This document shows, in pieces, positions 46,691-57,336 of a DNA stretch of 64,000 nt. The number at the start of each line of letters is the position of its first letter. The first letter of the stretch is position 1. The translations under genes were made by a program, and so were the position numbers. The notes beneath the pieces are model-generated. The model was not told the DNA's origin. It saw only the letters and a program-made list of their open reading frames with translations, and ran no database searches. The DNA comes from an uncultured virus (IMG/VR IMGVR_UViG_3300021964_000046) (taxonomy: Duplodnaviria; Heunggongvirae; Uroviricota; Caudoviricetes). The stretch lies in the IMG/VR virus record IMGVR_UViG_3300021964_000046, one strand, 5' to 3'.

Positions 46691-49600
46691 ATGGCAAAAA
46701 GAAAAATTAATGATTATATTTTCCACAACGGTATTCCTTATAGTGAAAACCGTAGACCTAATGCGTATTGGTTAATTCAAAACAACGTAGAATTCATTAA
46801 AGACGAAGTAAGAGCATTTATTAATGCTGAAATAGCAATCGGTGCACAGCATACACCATCAGAAGTCACATACAACACTGCAAATGGAAATATGGTTCTT
46901 ACTATTGGCACACACGGCTTCAGTGTTGGTTCGTATATCTATCTTGCTGATGGCGGATTAACTTTTTCACCTGCACTTACCATTGATTATACAGATATTT
47001 TTCTTGTTACAGCAACGACTGCAACAACAATTACAATCAATATACCAACTACAGATGCAACACCAAGAAGTTTTCAAACTGCGGCATCAAACTCTGTTGT
47101 AAACGTGTTTTACAATTACACCAATGACAGTAATGATAAGTGTGAAAGAGATATGGGATATAACCTTATTGGTGGAGATCCTAAAAACCCTATACAAGAT
47201 CAACCAGGCGGATTGCTTTACGATCTAAGGTACAACGGTAACGAACAAGCACGTTATCTTGCATCAACATATTGGGACGGTGCTATTCCTCAAATCGACG
47301 GAGATAGAAATCCAGAGAGAGCGGCTAAACGTTTTTGTGCTTGGTTAATTAACAATTACATTACTACAAACACAGCATGGACAACTAATCAAAGTCCAGT
47401 AGTAACTACACAAACTATTAATTCAGAATATATCAAAGAATTAAACAGTGATGCACAAGTTACAAAAGTACTTTCAGATACTATTGGCGAAGTTATTTAC
47501 TTTGGTACTGAAAGTATGCCAGACTTTCACCGTGCAGAAATTAGTAGAGCAATTTTTCCTACAAAAGTTACACAAGATAACTTACTTTTAATTACTGATA
47601 CAACAAACAACACAGTGTTGTTTAACTTTAGTGATCCTACAAAAGGTGCAGATGTAAAATACACATATGATTCTGTTGAGTTTACACCTACATACTTTTA
47701 CTTTCAAAAGTTTTTAGAAACTACTGATACAATTACACAGGTATTATTTGAGTTAGATACTACAAACGAAGAGTATCTTGTAAACTGTAGAGCATTAGTT
47801 AAAAATAACAAAGAATTTATCAAAGACGAAGTCCGTGCTTGGATTGCAGATCAAGTAGCAAATGCATCTGCAGGAAGTATTTGGGAAGGATATACCTATA
47901 ATGCGGCTAAGTGTGAAAGAGATACAGGACTAAATCTTGATGCTATTGTTGCTGATATGCAATATGGTGGTAATGCAAATACAAGAAGCACAGCAAGTAA
48001 ATATTGGAAAGGTCCTACACCACAAATTGATGGTTCTCGTGAACAAGAAATTGCGGCTAAAAACTTTATGCGTGATTTAGTTAATAATTATATTTTAACT
48101 AAAGCAGTATATCCAACTAAACAAGGTGGCTCTCCAGAAACTACACAATATTTCTTAGGTGGAGATTGCGAACTTGGAGCGAGTAGTAGGGTAACAGAAC
48201 TTGTTGCACTTATTACTGAAGTAATTGAAAAAGGTTTAGCATTCCTACCAGTTGAAGATAAACCTGTACTTTTTGCAGAGTCTGACACACTTCAAATTTT
48301 TGTTGACCAAGGTGAATTAAGAACAAGACCATACGATTTTGGTACTGATGCTATTGAAAGACAAAGGGTTGCGAACTCACTATCAATGCTTGATGCTGAC
48401 TTTGAGTATGGCTTACAGCCTACAAAGTGGCAAGCAATTGGTACAATGCGTGGATATCCTTCAACATATGAAGTACCGGGTACAGATACAGATGTTAACA
48501 CAGTAAGTACTGATGCTTCTTCAGGATCGAGCGGCGTTGGTCAATCATTAATTACAGTTACAACAGTTGGTCCACATGGTGTTGAACCAGGACAGCCAAT
48601 TACTATTAGAGGTTTAGATGCTTCTGTTGCTGGTAATGGTAGAGCAGAAGGTACATTTATTGTAAACACAGTACCTTCAACAACACAGTTTACCTATTAT
48701 GCTAAAGCAAAAGTAGGAACAAGTGCAGGTACAAGTTTAGAAACATTTTATACAATTTTAAGACAAGCGGCATTTTACACAGGCGCGGCAATTCAAGGTG
48801 ACACAGCAACGTATGTAGTAACAAGTCAAGGTTCAAGTGGTTCGTTTACACTTGCACTTGGATCAGAAAGTGGTGAAGATAGACTTGCTGTCCAAGGTAC
48901 ACAACCACCACTTGGTGCTCCACTTCAAGCACAAGGTGGAGGTATTCCTTTAGGTTCTCAGGTAACTGGTACAGTTGGTGATGGAAGCATTATTACTACA
49001 CCAGTTCTTACAGCAGATGTAGCACAAGGAGCGTTTACACTACCAGTTGAAGATTCGGCGGCAGTTGACGTAGGTGCGGCAGTAGACAGAGGTGACGGCA
49101 CAGCGGCGTTTGTAACAAACGTGGTTGGTAATGATTTAACAATTAGTAGTGCAACTACAAGAACACTTGTTGGTAACACAGTTCTTTATCAAGGACTAAC
49201 AGGTACAAATGATCAATCAATTGGTAATAATGCTACATTTGATGTTACAAGAACAACCGGAGTATATGCTGTAGTTCTTAACAACGCTGGTCAAGATTAT
49301 GAAATTGGGGATAGAATTATTATCAGTGGCGGCCAAGTTGGCGGTTCTGATACTACTAATGATATTACTATTACTGTAGAAACTGTAGATACAGGCGGAG
49401 AAATTTTAACATTTACTTTTGTAGGTACAGGATTTGACGGTAATGGTTCGTTCTTTGATGTTACTGGAGAGTACCAAGGCGGTACAGGTACTAATCCTGT
49501 TTTTGATATTACGTACACAAATAATGCATACACAGCAGACGTAACATCACCAGATACATCCTCAGGTTACACTGTAGGTGATCAAATTGTTATTGATGGA

Positions 49601-52600
49601 TTTCAATTAGGTGGACAAACAGCAACCAATGACGTTACTTTAAGAGTTACAGCAGTTGGTGCTGGAGGAAGTATCACAACAGTTGAAGCATCGGGTACAG
49701 CAGTTGATGCTGATGTAAGTTATCCTTCACCAACATATACTACAACAACAGTAAATGGTGTTGATGCAGACTTTAATGTTCAAAGAATTGGTACAGCATA
49801 CACTATCAATGTTACAAATGCTGGTACAGGTTATTTGGCCGCAGAAACATTTACATTCCTTGGTTCAGACTTAGGTGGTGTTGATGGTACAAATAACTTA
49901 ACAGTAACAATTACAACTGTTGATGTTAACGGTGCTATTACAGGAACAACTACAGCAGGTACTGCGGCAAATACAAAATCGTATCCAGCAGTAAATGTTG
50001 GACAAAATTTAATTGGGTCAGGCTTACAATTCCAAATTGATTTAGCAGGAGGCATTTATACAATTAGTGTTCAAGATGCAGGTTTAAATTACGGTATTGA
50101 TCAAGAATTTTTAATCAGTGGTACAACAGTAGGCGGAGCAAGTCCTGCAAATGATATTACAATAACAGTAACAAGTGTAAATGCAGGTGACGGAGGAGTA
50201 AGTGGAGTTTCATTCACAGGTAGTGGAGCAACAGGCAGTGGAAGTTATCCAGAACAAAGTGGTTCAAATGATGCAAACTCTGGTGCAAATGCAACGTTTA
50301 ATGTAACAAGAAGTTCAGGAACATACAGTATTGTTGTTGCAACAGATGACGGTGCTGGATATCAGGTAGGTGATAGAATTATTATTCCAGGTGATCAACT
50401 TGGCGGTGATACTCCTACAAATGATTTAACACTACGTTGTACAGTTGAATCAACAGAAGGAAATTTTGTTGGTATTGCATTTACAGGTACAGCAGTTGCA
50501 GGTGAACAATTAGATTTATACAGTACAGTTACAATGACTGAAGAAACTACTTCTACAATTAACCAAGCAACAGTAATTACCTACAGTGCGTTGGCAAGTA
50601 TTCGAGTAACATTCCCTACACCACACGGACTTGTACCTGGAGATAGTTTTGCTGTAACTATATCATCTGACGATGGTGCAAACAATCACAACTTGGCGGC
50701 AGGTCCGTTTAGTGCTACAGCAGTTCCTGCAACTAATCAACTTGAATACCAGTGTAGATCACCAGGATTTATTGACACAGGTACTAATAACGATCAACCT
50801 GTGATTGGTACAATTTATCCAAGACCGGACTCGTTCTTTATTCACAGACCATATGATGGTGGTGTGCAGTTAGGAACAGGTGGACCACAACACGGTGCAC
50901 AAGCAATACGTCAAAGTAAAAAATATATTAGATATCAGTCTGGTAAAGGTATTATGTACACAACTGGTGCACTGTTTGCTCCAAGTTATAATATTCTAAA
51001 TATTACAGCATCATCACAAGACATTGGTGCAACTATTACTGTAACAACCGATGAAACAGAACACGGTTTACAGGTTGGTGCAGGTGTAAGACTTATTGGT
51101 ATTGATACTGTAGGATTTAATGGAGAATACACAGTATCAGATGTTAATGACGAAAACGAATTTGAAGTAATTGCAACAACAGCATTAGGATCATTAACGC
51201 CTGAATTAAGTTCAGAAGCACAAGTATCATTAAGATCATTCCACGGTGCAACTGTACGTTCGGGAGCATTTGATGATCAAAACGGTATCTTCTTTGAATA
51301 TGATGGTACACAATTTAGTGCTGTACAAAGAACTGCTACTTTACAGTTAGCAGGTGTTGTTGACATTGATGTTGACTCTAACACCTGTACAGGTATAGGA
51401 ACAAGATTTAGAGAACAATTAAAAGCAGGTGACAGAATTGTACTTAAAGGTATGACTCATGTTGTGTCACAGGTTGTAGATAATACTACAATGTATCTAA
51501 CACCAGACTTCCGTGGTGTTACTAATGTGCGTTCAAGTAAAATTTGTTTGGTTAGAGATAAGAAAACAGAACAAAAAGACTTTAACAGAGATAGAGGTGA
51601 CGGAACAGGACCAAGTGGATATGATATTGATATCAGTAAGATGCAGATGGTAGGTATTCAATATTCATGGTATGGTGCTGGTTTTATTGACTATATGTTA
51701 CGTGGCGCAGACGGTAACTTTGTGTTTATGCACAGAATGCGTAACTCAAACGTTAATACAGAAGCATTTATGCGTACTGGTAATATGCCTGTGCGTTATG
51801 AAATTACCAACGAAGGACCTGTTGGCAAACTATCTAAGGATATTGACGATTCACAACAAACTATATCATTGCAAGACGCATCATTTATGCCACCAGAAGG
51901 CGGTACAGTATTAATTGATGCTGAAATGATACGTTTCACAGGTGTTGCCGGCAAAGATCTAACAGGTTGTACCAGAGCATCTACTATGACAAATTTTGCT
52001 TCGGGTGCAACAAGAACATACAGCGGAGGCAGTGCCGCGGCACACACAAGAAATACAGGAGTTGTGCTTATTAGTAACACAGCATCACCGGTTATTTCAC
52101 ACTGGGGTTCAGCGTTTATTACAGATGGCGGCTTTGACTCAGATCGTGGATACTTATTCTCATACAAATCAACTGGTGTTCAAGTTAGTACAACAAGAGC
52201 AACATCGTTCCTATTAAGACTTGCACCAAGTGTTAGTAATGCACTTGTAGGTGATTTAGGTGAAAGAGAACTACTTAACAGAGCACAGTTACTACTTGAA
52301 GGTCTTGAGATTACCACAGACCAACCAAGTGCATCAGATACAGGAGGTATTGTTATTGAAGGTATTCTAAATCCACAGAACTATCCACTTAACCCAAGTG
52401 ACGTTGGTTGGCAGGGACTGTCAGGACTTGCACAAGGTGGACAACCAAGTTTTGCACAGGTAGCACCGGGTGGTTCTACTAACTGGAACTCGGGTGCTAT
52501 ACCTACTACTGCACTGGTTACAACACAAGGACCTATTACTGCTACAACAAACGCAATAGATAGAGGTTATACATCTGCAAATAGAAACTGGGATAACGCT

Positions 52601-53308
52601 TTAGACAACGGTAGAAATTACTTCTGGGTGCTTGAATCATTCTATCAGTCCAACACAGCACTTTTCGAAGTTGGTGTTGGTGTACAAAGTACCAGTAACA
52701 ACTATTATCCTGCTGGTACTACAATTACTTCAATTGCAACATACCAAGACAGTTCAAGATCACAGGGTAACTTAAGAAGAATCTTTACATCACAGCGTCC
52801 AATTCAAGATGTGATTAACCAGAATGTTGGTATTACACTATCCAAGACATTTAAAGATGCACCTACCAACAACATTTTCTTCCAAGCGGCAGACTACGAA
52901 GCGGCAGGTGTTACACAAGGTACTGTTGTAAGTGATTCAAGATTCCCAGCGGGAACACAGGTTTCCACAGTGTCGTTAGAAGAATATGCTGGTGTGTCAT
53001 ACTACAATGTTACATTTAACCAAACTTCAGATAACTCTACTATTACAGCAGGTACAACAGACATTGAATTTGAATTTGTAAATCCACCTTATGCACAACC
53101 AGGTGAAACAATCTTCTCATTCATTGCACAACCAGGTGAAAGATCTACATTGGATCTATCATTCATTAAAGAATTAACCAATACTACACTTGGTGGTAGA
53201 GGTACATTCCCGAACGGACCAGACGTCCTTGCAATTAACGTGTTTAAAACATCAGGTGCAACAGTTAACTCGAATATTGTACTGCGATGGTCAGAAGCAC
53301 AAGCATAA
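46691..53308 (+). CDS. Giant virion structural protein (2205 aa)
   Basis: Duplicated NxEFIKDEVRA...KCERD.G domain; several G.GY..GD.I.I.G..LGG.T..ND.T..V repeats; DADFEYGLQPTKW motif. Confidence 0.7.
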   Translation: MAKRKINDYIFHNGIPYSENRRPNAYWLIQNNVEFIKDEVRAFINAEIAIGAQHTPSEVTYNTANGNMVLTIGTHGFSVGSYIYLADGGLTFSPALTIDYTDIFLVTATTATTITINIPTTDATPRSFQTAASNSVVNVFYNYTNDSNDKCERDMGYNLIGGDPKNPIQDQPGGLLYDLRYNGNEQARYLASTYWDGAIPQIDGDRNPERAAKRFCAWLINNYITTNTAWTTNQSPVVTTQTINSEYIKELNSDAQVTKVLSDTIGEVIYFGTESMPDFHRAEISRAIFPTKVTQDNLLLITDTTNNTVLFNFSDPTKGADVKYTYDSVEFTPTYFYFQKFLETTDTITQVLFELDTTNEEYLVNCRALVKNNKEFIKDEVRAWIADQVANASAGSIWEGYTYNAAKCERDTGLNLDAIVADMQYGGNANTRSTASKYWKGPTPQIDGSREQEIAAKNFMRDLVNNYILTKAVYPTKQGGSPETTQYFLGGDCELGASSRVTELVALITEVIEKGLAFLPVEDKPVLFAESDTLQIFVDQGELRTRPYDFGTDAIERQRVANSLSMLDADFEYGLQPTKWQAIGTMRGYPSTYEVPGTDTDVNTVSTDASSGSSGVGQSLITVTTVGPHGVEPGQPITIRGLDASVAGNGRAEGTFIVNTVPSTTQFTYYAKAKVGTSAGTSLETFYTILRQAAFYTGAAIQGDTATYVVTSQGSSGSFTLALGSESGEDRLAVQGTQPPLGAPLQAQGGGIPLGSQVTGTVGDGSIITTPVLTADVAQGAFTLPVEDSAAVDVGAAVDRGDGTAAFVTNVVGNDLTISSATTRTLVGNTVLYQGLTGTNDQSIGNNATFDVTRTTGVYAVVLNNAGQDYEIGDRIIISGGQVGGSDTTNDITITVETVDTGGEILTFTFVGTGFDGNGSFFDVTGEYQGGTGTNPVFDITYTNNAYTADVTSPDTSSGYTVGDQIVIDGFQLGGQTATNDVTLRVTAVGAGGSITTVEASGTAVDADVSYPSPTYTTTTVNGVDADFNVQRIGTAYTINVTNAGTGYLAAETFTFLGSDLGGVDGTNNLTVTITTVDVNGAITGTTTAGTAANTKSYPAVNVGQNLIGSGLQFQIDLAGGIYTISVQDAGLNYGIDQEFLISGTTVGGASPANDITITVTSVNAGDGGVSGVSFTGSGATGSGSYPEQSGSNDANSGANATFNVTRSSGTYSIVVATDDGAGYQVGDRIIIPGDQLGGDTPTNDLTLRCTVESTEGNFVGIAFTGTAVAGEQLDLYSTVTMTEETTSTINQATVITYSALASIRVTFPTPHGLVPGDSFAVTISSDDGANNHNLAAGPFSATAVPATNQLEYQCRSPGFIDTGTNNDQPVIGTIYPRPDSFFIHRPYDGGVQLGTGGPQHGAQAIRQSKKYIRYQSGKGIMYTTGALFAPSYNILNITASSQDIGATITVTTDETEHGLQVGAGVRLIGIDTVGFNGEYTVSDVNDENEFEVIATTALGSLTPELSSEAQVSLRSFHGATVRSGAFDDQNGIFFEYDGTQFSAVQRTATLQLAGVVDIDVDSNTCTGIGTRFREQLKAGDRIVLKGMTHVVSQVVDNTTMYLTPDFRGVTNVRSSKICLVRDKKTEQKDFNRDRGDGTGPSGYDIDISKMQMVGIQYSWYGAGFIDYMLRGADGNFVFMHRMRNSNVNTEAFMRTGNMPVRYEITNEGPVGKLSKDIDDSQQTISLQDASFMPPEGGTVLIDAEMIRFTGVAGKDLTGCTRASTMTNFASGATRTYSGGSAAAHTRNTGVVLISNTASPVISHWGSAFITDGGFDSDRGYLFSYKSTGVQVSTTRATSFLLRLAPSVSNALVGDLGERELLNRAQLLLEGLEITTDQPSASDTGGIVIEGILNPQNYPLNPSDVGWQGLSGLAQGGQPSFAQVAPGGSTNWNSGAIPTTALVTTQGPITATTNAIDRGYTSANRNWDNALDNGRNYFWVLESFYQSNTALFEVGVGVQSTSNNYYPAGTTITSIATYQDSSRSQGNLRRIFTSQRPIQDVINQNVGITLSKTFKDAPTNNIFFQAADYEAAGVTQGTVVSDSRFPAGTQVSTVSLEEYAGVSYYNVTFNQTSDNSTITAGTTDIEFEFVNPPYAQPGETIFSFIAQPGERSTLDLSFIKELTNTTLGGRGTFPNGPDVLAINVFKTSGATVNSNIVLRWSEAQA

Positions 53309-53724
53309 ACAAAAGCCGCTGGCAACGATTTAAAGAGTGGTGGACTATTGACCACGTCGTTGATCTATGCATTGACGCATTACTTTTATTATGGGAAGTA
53401 GTTACAAGTCCAATCTTAATTGTTGTTAGAATTGCAAGACACTTTATAGGTGATTGGTTTGTTGGTGGCCTTAAACGTATTACAAGAACAATAGTGCATT
53501 GGTTTGCACGTAAACGTGAATATCGCAAAGCACACGGACACGGTATATTTAGAACCTATTGGTGGTTAATACTGCTAAGTCCTTTTATATTGTTTTTTCT
53601 TGCTATTTTGTTTGCTGTGATATCAGGTGTAGCACAGGATCTTCCTGAAATATTGGAATTATTAATACGAGGTTGTGATTCTCTTGCACCTGGTGCAGAA
53701 CAATATTGGTGCAATATTAGTTAA
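53287..53724 (+). CDS. Hypothetical membrane protein
   Basis: Two hydrophobic segments separated by a basic loop; overlaps the upstream gene by 22 nt; start uncertain. Confidence 0.55.
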   Translation: MVRSTSINKSRWQRFKEWWTIDHVVDLCIDALLLLWEVVTSPILIVVRIARHFIGDWFVGGLKRITRTIVHWFARKREYRKAHGHGIFRTYWWLILLSPFILFFLAILFAVISGVAQDLPEILELLIRGCDSLAPGAEQYWCNIS

Positions 53725-54125
53725 GTAGGCATTGGTGGCGGATTATTTTTCTTAATAATGTCTTTTTGACTATCGCCTGGAATAATTCTATAATTATCTT
53801 CAACAGAATCGGGTGTACTTACTTCACTTACCGAACTACCGTCTTCAAGAGCAATAAGTTGATGCGGTTGTAGTGGCGGATTGTGCCAAGTGTCTCCTGA
53901 TTTAAGTTCTTTGCTGTATAATACAGCATCTTTTGTGTCGATCCACTTAACTTCAAAACGTCCACTGTTCACAAACCATGTTTCTTCCTTCTCTCTGTGA
54001 AAATGCATGGAGAATTTTGAGCCTGCTTTTGCAAATACCATAATTTTACCACAATACTTGTCATTGGTTGCCCAGATTAGTTCATACCCCCAACCTTTTT
54101 CAACTTTACCTTCGAGCCTGCTCAT
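53721..54125 (-). CDS. Cupin-domain sugar isomerase-like protein
   Basis: KGWGYE, SMHFHREKEETW, GDTWHNPP..PH, EVST cupin motifs. Confidence 0.8.
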   Translation of the reverse strand: MSRLEGKVEKGWGYELIWATNDKYCGKIMVFAKAGSKFSMHFHREKEETWFVNSGRFEVKWIDTKDAVLYSKELKSGDTWHNPPLQPHQLIALEDGSSVSEVSTPDSVEDNYRIIPGDSQKDIIKKNNPPPMPT

Positions 54126-54823
54126 TTTTTACTCCATTTGTCTTTGAATTTTTTGTATGCTCCACGAAATTTGCTTTGAAAAATCATATTGCTTACAAAA
54201 CTTGCTTCATACTTGTCTTTGTCTTCGTCTTGCACTGTAGTTTCAAGGTCAGTAAGCCTTATTGGAACATACATTGCTAAAGGAGTACCTTTTTCTATTA
54301 AAAATTCCCCTTCTTTTTTAATTAGTAGTTGTTGATTGATCTGATGGCTCCATTCGGTATGGGTTACACCAGGCATACATTCAAAATATTCATTAAATTC
54401 ATAAAACATTGGTAGTTGCATCATTGCCCAACCCGGACTTGTACGAACACGCCATGGACAATCGGTTTTTGCAACGCATAAAAAATCGTTTTTTGCATTT
54501 TCTGGCAAGTAATCTCTAAATTGGTTGCTATAGTGTAAACTCATTGTAAAGTCTTGATTACTTGAATTCCATGCAAAGTCATTTTTATCAACCTTCAGAT
54601 GAAAATCACACCACATAGTAATTACATATGCATTTTTATAGTAATCTACAAACCCAGGACAGTTTTTTAGTGTACCTTTATCAGTATAATTGTCTTCTTC
54701 TAAAAATCTTGGCATATTCTTAAACCAAGTGGGTATAAACTTAGTAGCAGACTGCACAGGTTCAACTTTTGTTAGACCTGGCACTACACTCCACCATTCA
54801 ACTTTGCAATTATTTTGACTCAT
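54122..54823 (-). CDS. Hypothetical protein (possibly dUTPase-like beta fold)
   Basis: TLKNCPGFVD, PWRVRTSPGW, PGVTHTE, IEKGTPLAMYVP; coupled within the operon. Confidence 0.55.
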   Translation of the reverse strand: MSQNNCKVEWWSVVPGLTKVEPVQSATKFIPTWFKNMPRFLEEDNYTDKGTLKNCPGFVDYYKNAYVITMWCDFHLKVDKNDFAWNSSNQDFTMSLHYSNQFRDYLPENAKNDFLCVAKTDCPWRVRTSPGWAMMQLPMFYEFNEYFECMPGVTHTEWSHQINQQLLIKKEGEFLIEKGTPLAMYVPIRLTDLETTVQDEDKDKYEASFVSNMIFQSKFRGAYKKFKDKWSKK

Positions 54824-55634
54824 GTATCCATTCTTCTGGTCTAATAAAATCGTGGTTGATGTGTGATAGTGTTTTTGTCATATCAGCACAGGTATATTCT
54901 TGGTATTGGCCACGTAGTTTTTCAGGCATAGATATATACTCTATTCTTGCGTCATATTTTTTACTAATTGTTAGAGCAATATCTTTGAATGAACGAGCAG
55001 TGCCTGTACCTAAGTTAAAAATACCACTTTGATCAACATCTAACATTTTTTCATGTACTAAGCAAACGTCCTGAACACTTATAAAATCACGCAAGTAGTT
55101 TTCACTATTTTCAAATAGTGTAATCACTCCTCTTTCCTTAGCCTGTTTGGTAAATTTTGTCACAGGACTTGCTTGGTCACCTTTATGATCTTCATAATTT
55201 CCATATACATTGAAGTATCTAAATCCTTGTATTGTGATTTTGAAGTCATCTTGGTATTCTGATATCCATCGGTCAATTAAATACTTGCTCCAAGCATATG
55301 GACTTTGTGGTAGGCATTTAGATGTTTCGGCAAAACCGTCTAACCCTTGGCCATACACACTTGCTGAACTTGCAAACTGCATACTGGTCCCCATCATATC
55401 ACAAATTTCGATAAGTTTCATAGTAAACTCATAATTTTGTTTCATAACTTTTTCAACATCTGTTTCAGTTGTTGAACTTATAGCACCACAGTGGATTACT
55501 CTATCGTATTGTTGGGCATCTGGGTATTTGTTTTCTTGCCATTCCCAGCCTTCTACTTCATGACCTTTGTGTTGCAAATATGATGCAAGGTTCCTACCAA
55601 TAAATCCTTCGTGTCCTGTTACTAAAATTTTCAT
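54810..55634 (-). CDS. hldD: ADP-L-glycero-D-manno-heptose 6-epimerase
   Basis: ILVTGHEGFIG, HCGAISSTTETD, ASSASVYG, YAWSK, FRYFNVYG..E.HKG.QAS, RDFISV.D, YQEYTCAD. Confidence 0.9.
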   Translation of the reverse strand: MKILVTGHEGFIGRNLASYLQHKGHEVEGWEWQENKYPDAQQYDRVIHCGAISSTTETDVEKVMKQNYEFTMKLIEICDMMGTSMQFASSASVYGQGLDGFAETSKCLPQSPYAWSKYLIDRWISEYQDDFKITIQGFRYFNVYGNYEDHKGDQASPVTKFTKQAKERGVITLFENSENYLRDFISVQDVCLVHEKMLDVDQSGIFNLGTGTARSFKDIALTISKKYDARIEYISMPEKLRGQYQEYTCADMTKTLSHINHDFIRPEEWIHESK

Positions 55635-56878
55635 TTGATACTCTCTATAATTTTTGTAGTAGAACTACCTTCTACTGTTGGAAAAATTTCAACAGGATAA
55701 TCTTCATGTCCGACTACTGTTTCTATTGTATAGTCTCCGCCCTTAATAATCAAGTCCGGATTAAACTGTTTGATAACATTTATTGGTGTGTCTTCATCAA
55801 AAATTACAACATCATCTACCCAAGGCAGTAATTCTAAGTTCATTTTACGTTGTAATTGATTGTTAATAGGTCGAGTTTCACCTTTTAAACGTTTTGTACT
55901 TGCATCACTGTTAATGCCTACTATTAACTTCTTACCTTTTGACTTTGCAAATTTTAATAGTTTAAAATGTCCTTCATGTAGTATATCAAATACACCATTG
56001 GTCCATACTGTGGTGGGTTTTAAGTCATCGACGGTAATAGTTACTACACCTCTTTTTTCAACAGTTCGAGCCGCGGCATAACACGCCAATTTACAACTAT
56101 CTGCAACTGACACATTTCTTTCAATGCCATAAGCAATCACTGCTAAAACAGTGTCTCCAGCACCAGTTACATCTGCTACTTCATGTACTTCTTCTTTAAA
56201 ATGATAATACTTGTTTTCTTCATCAATTACATGAATACCATTTGCACCATCCGTAACAACTAAGTTCTTCCAGTTATATTCACGCATTTTTAAAATTGCT
56301 TTTTCTTTGGTATATTTGCCAAACCAACTTTCGTATTCTTTCATATTAGGTTTAACAATATATGCACCTTTGTAAACGTCTGGAGTTTGTTTAGGATCTA
56401 CTAAAACCTTATCAGTTATTTGTAAAATTTTCTCTATGGTATCTTTTCTAACAACACCTTTGTTGTAGTCACTTACACAAACAATATCATTTTCTTGTAA
56501 TCTACTCACTAACCGCTCTTGTGGATTAATACCTTTATACTGTTCTTCTCTATCCCAACGTAAAATATGCTGGCCTCCTTGACCTACAAGTCTTGTTTTT
56601 GTAGTAGTTATTACATTTTCCGAAGACGCATTACAGTTAACATTAGTTTGTGAAATTATTTCTAATAACTTAAATCCTTCTTTGTCTTGTCCTACTGAGC
56701 CATATAATTCTACGTTACTGTTAATCGAAGAAATATTTAATGCTAAGTTACCAGCGCCACCTACACTAAAACTTTGTGATTCTTCTAATAAAACAGGGAT
56801 AGGTGCTTCTGGACTAACACGATCAGCAGAGCCAAATATCCAACGATCCAGCATAATGTCTCCATATACTTTGATCAT
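55631..56878 (-). CDS. hldE: Bifunctional heptose-7-phosphate kinase / heptose-1-phosphate adenylyltransferase
   Basis: GDIMLD, RVSPEAPIPV, GGAGN.A.N, SDYNKG, VDPK, DVTGAGDT, then TNGVFDILHEGH, GINSDAS.KRLKG..RP, KGGDY, STT.II. Confidence 0.93.
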   Translation of the reverse strand: MIKVYGDIMLDRWIFGSADRVSPEAPIPVLLEESQSFSVGGAGNLALNISSINSNVELYGSVGQDKEGFKLLEIISQTNVNCNASSENVITTTKTRLVGQGGQHILRWDREEQYKGINPQERLVSRLQENDIVCVSDYNKGVVRKDTIEKILQITDKVLVDPKQTPDVYKGAYIVKPNMKEYESWFGKYTKEKAILKMREYNWKNLVVTDGANGIHVIDEENKYYHFKEEVHEVADVTGAGDTVLAVIAYGIERNVSVADSCKLACYAAARTVEKRGVVTITVDDLKPTTVWTNGVFDILHEGHFKLLKFAKSKGKKLIVGINSDASTKRLKGETRPINNQLQRKMNLELLPWVDDVVIFDEDTPINVIKQFNPDLIIKGGDYTIETVVGHEDYPVEIFPTVEGSSTTKIIESIK

Positions 56879-56880
56879 AG

Positions 56881-57321
56881 TTATTCCTCTAATAGTTTGA
56901 CTAAATCAAATACAGTTTCTAACTTTGTAAGGTTAGTTTTATTTTGTAATGTATTACGCAGTCCTTGGTGTAATGGTTTAGGCCATTTGCCAAAACTTGC
57001 CCAAGCATATCCGTCATGCTCTTCATTTAGATTTGGTAAGAATTCTTTTTTGATTACAATAAGATATGTATGAAAATTAAATTTTTCGTCAGTACTTACA
57101 AAAGTTTCAAGAGGTATGTTCTTAATAACATTAGGAACCTCTCCCACTTCTTCTGCAATTTCTCTTGTAAGTGCATTAAACGGAGTTTCTTCGGTGGTGT
57201 TTTTACCGCCTACTAATCCCCAAACATTGTTTTGTTTGCTTTGTGTTCTATGCAAGAACAAGAAACGTTTAGTTTCTAACGCATAGAATAATGCTCCGCT
57301 ACAGGTAATTTTACTGCTCAT
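56881..57321 (-). CDS. NUDIX hydrolase
   Basis: Nudix box WGLVGGK...ETPFNALTREIAEEVG. Confidence 0.9.
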   Translation of the reverse strand: MSSKITCSGALFYALETKRFLFLHRTQSKQNNVWGLVGGKNTTEETPFNALTREIAEEVGEVPNVIKNIPLETFVSTDEKFNFHTYLIVIKKEFLPNLNEEHDGYAWASFGKWPKPLHQGLRNTLQNKTNLTKLETVFDLVKLLEE

Positions 57322-57330
57322 ACAAGTAAT

Positions 57331-57336
57331 TATTTA
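57331..57336 (-). promoter_or_regulatory. Late promoter core TAAATA in front of the NUDIX-hldE-hldD module
   Basis: TAAATA on the minus strand, overlapping the gp15 stop, 9 nt before ATG 57321. Confidence 0.5.
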
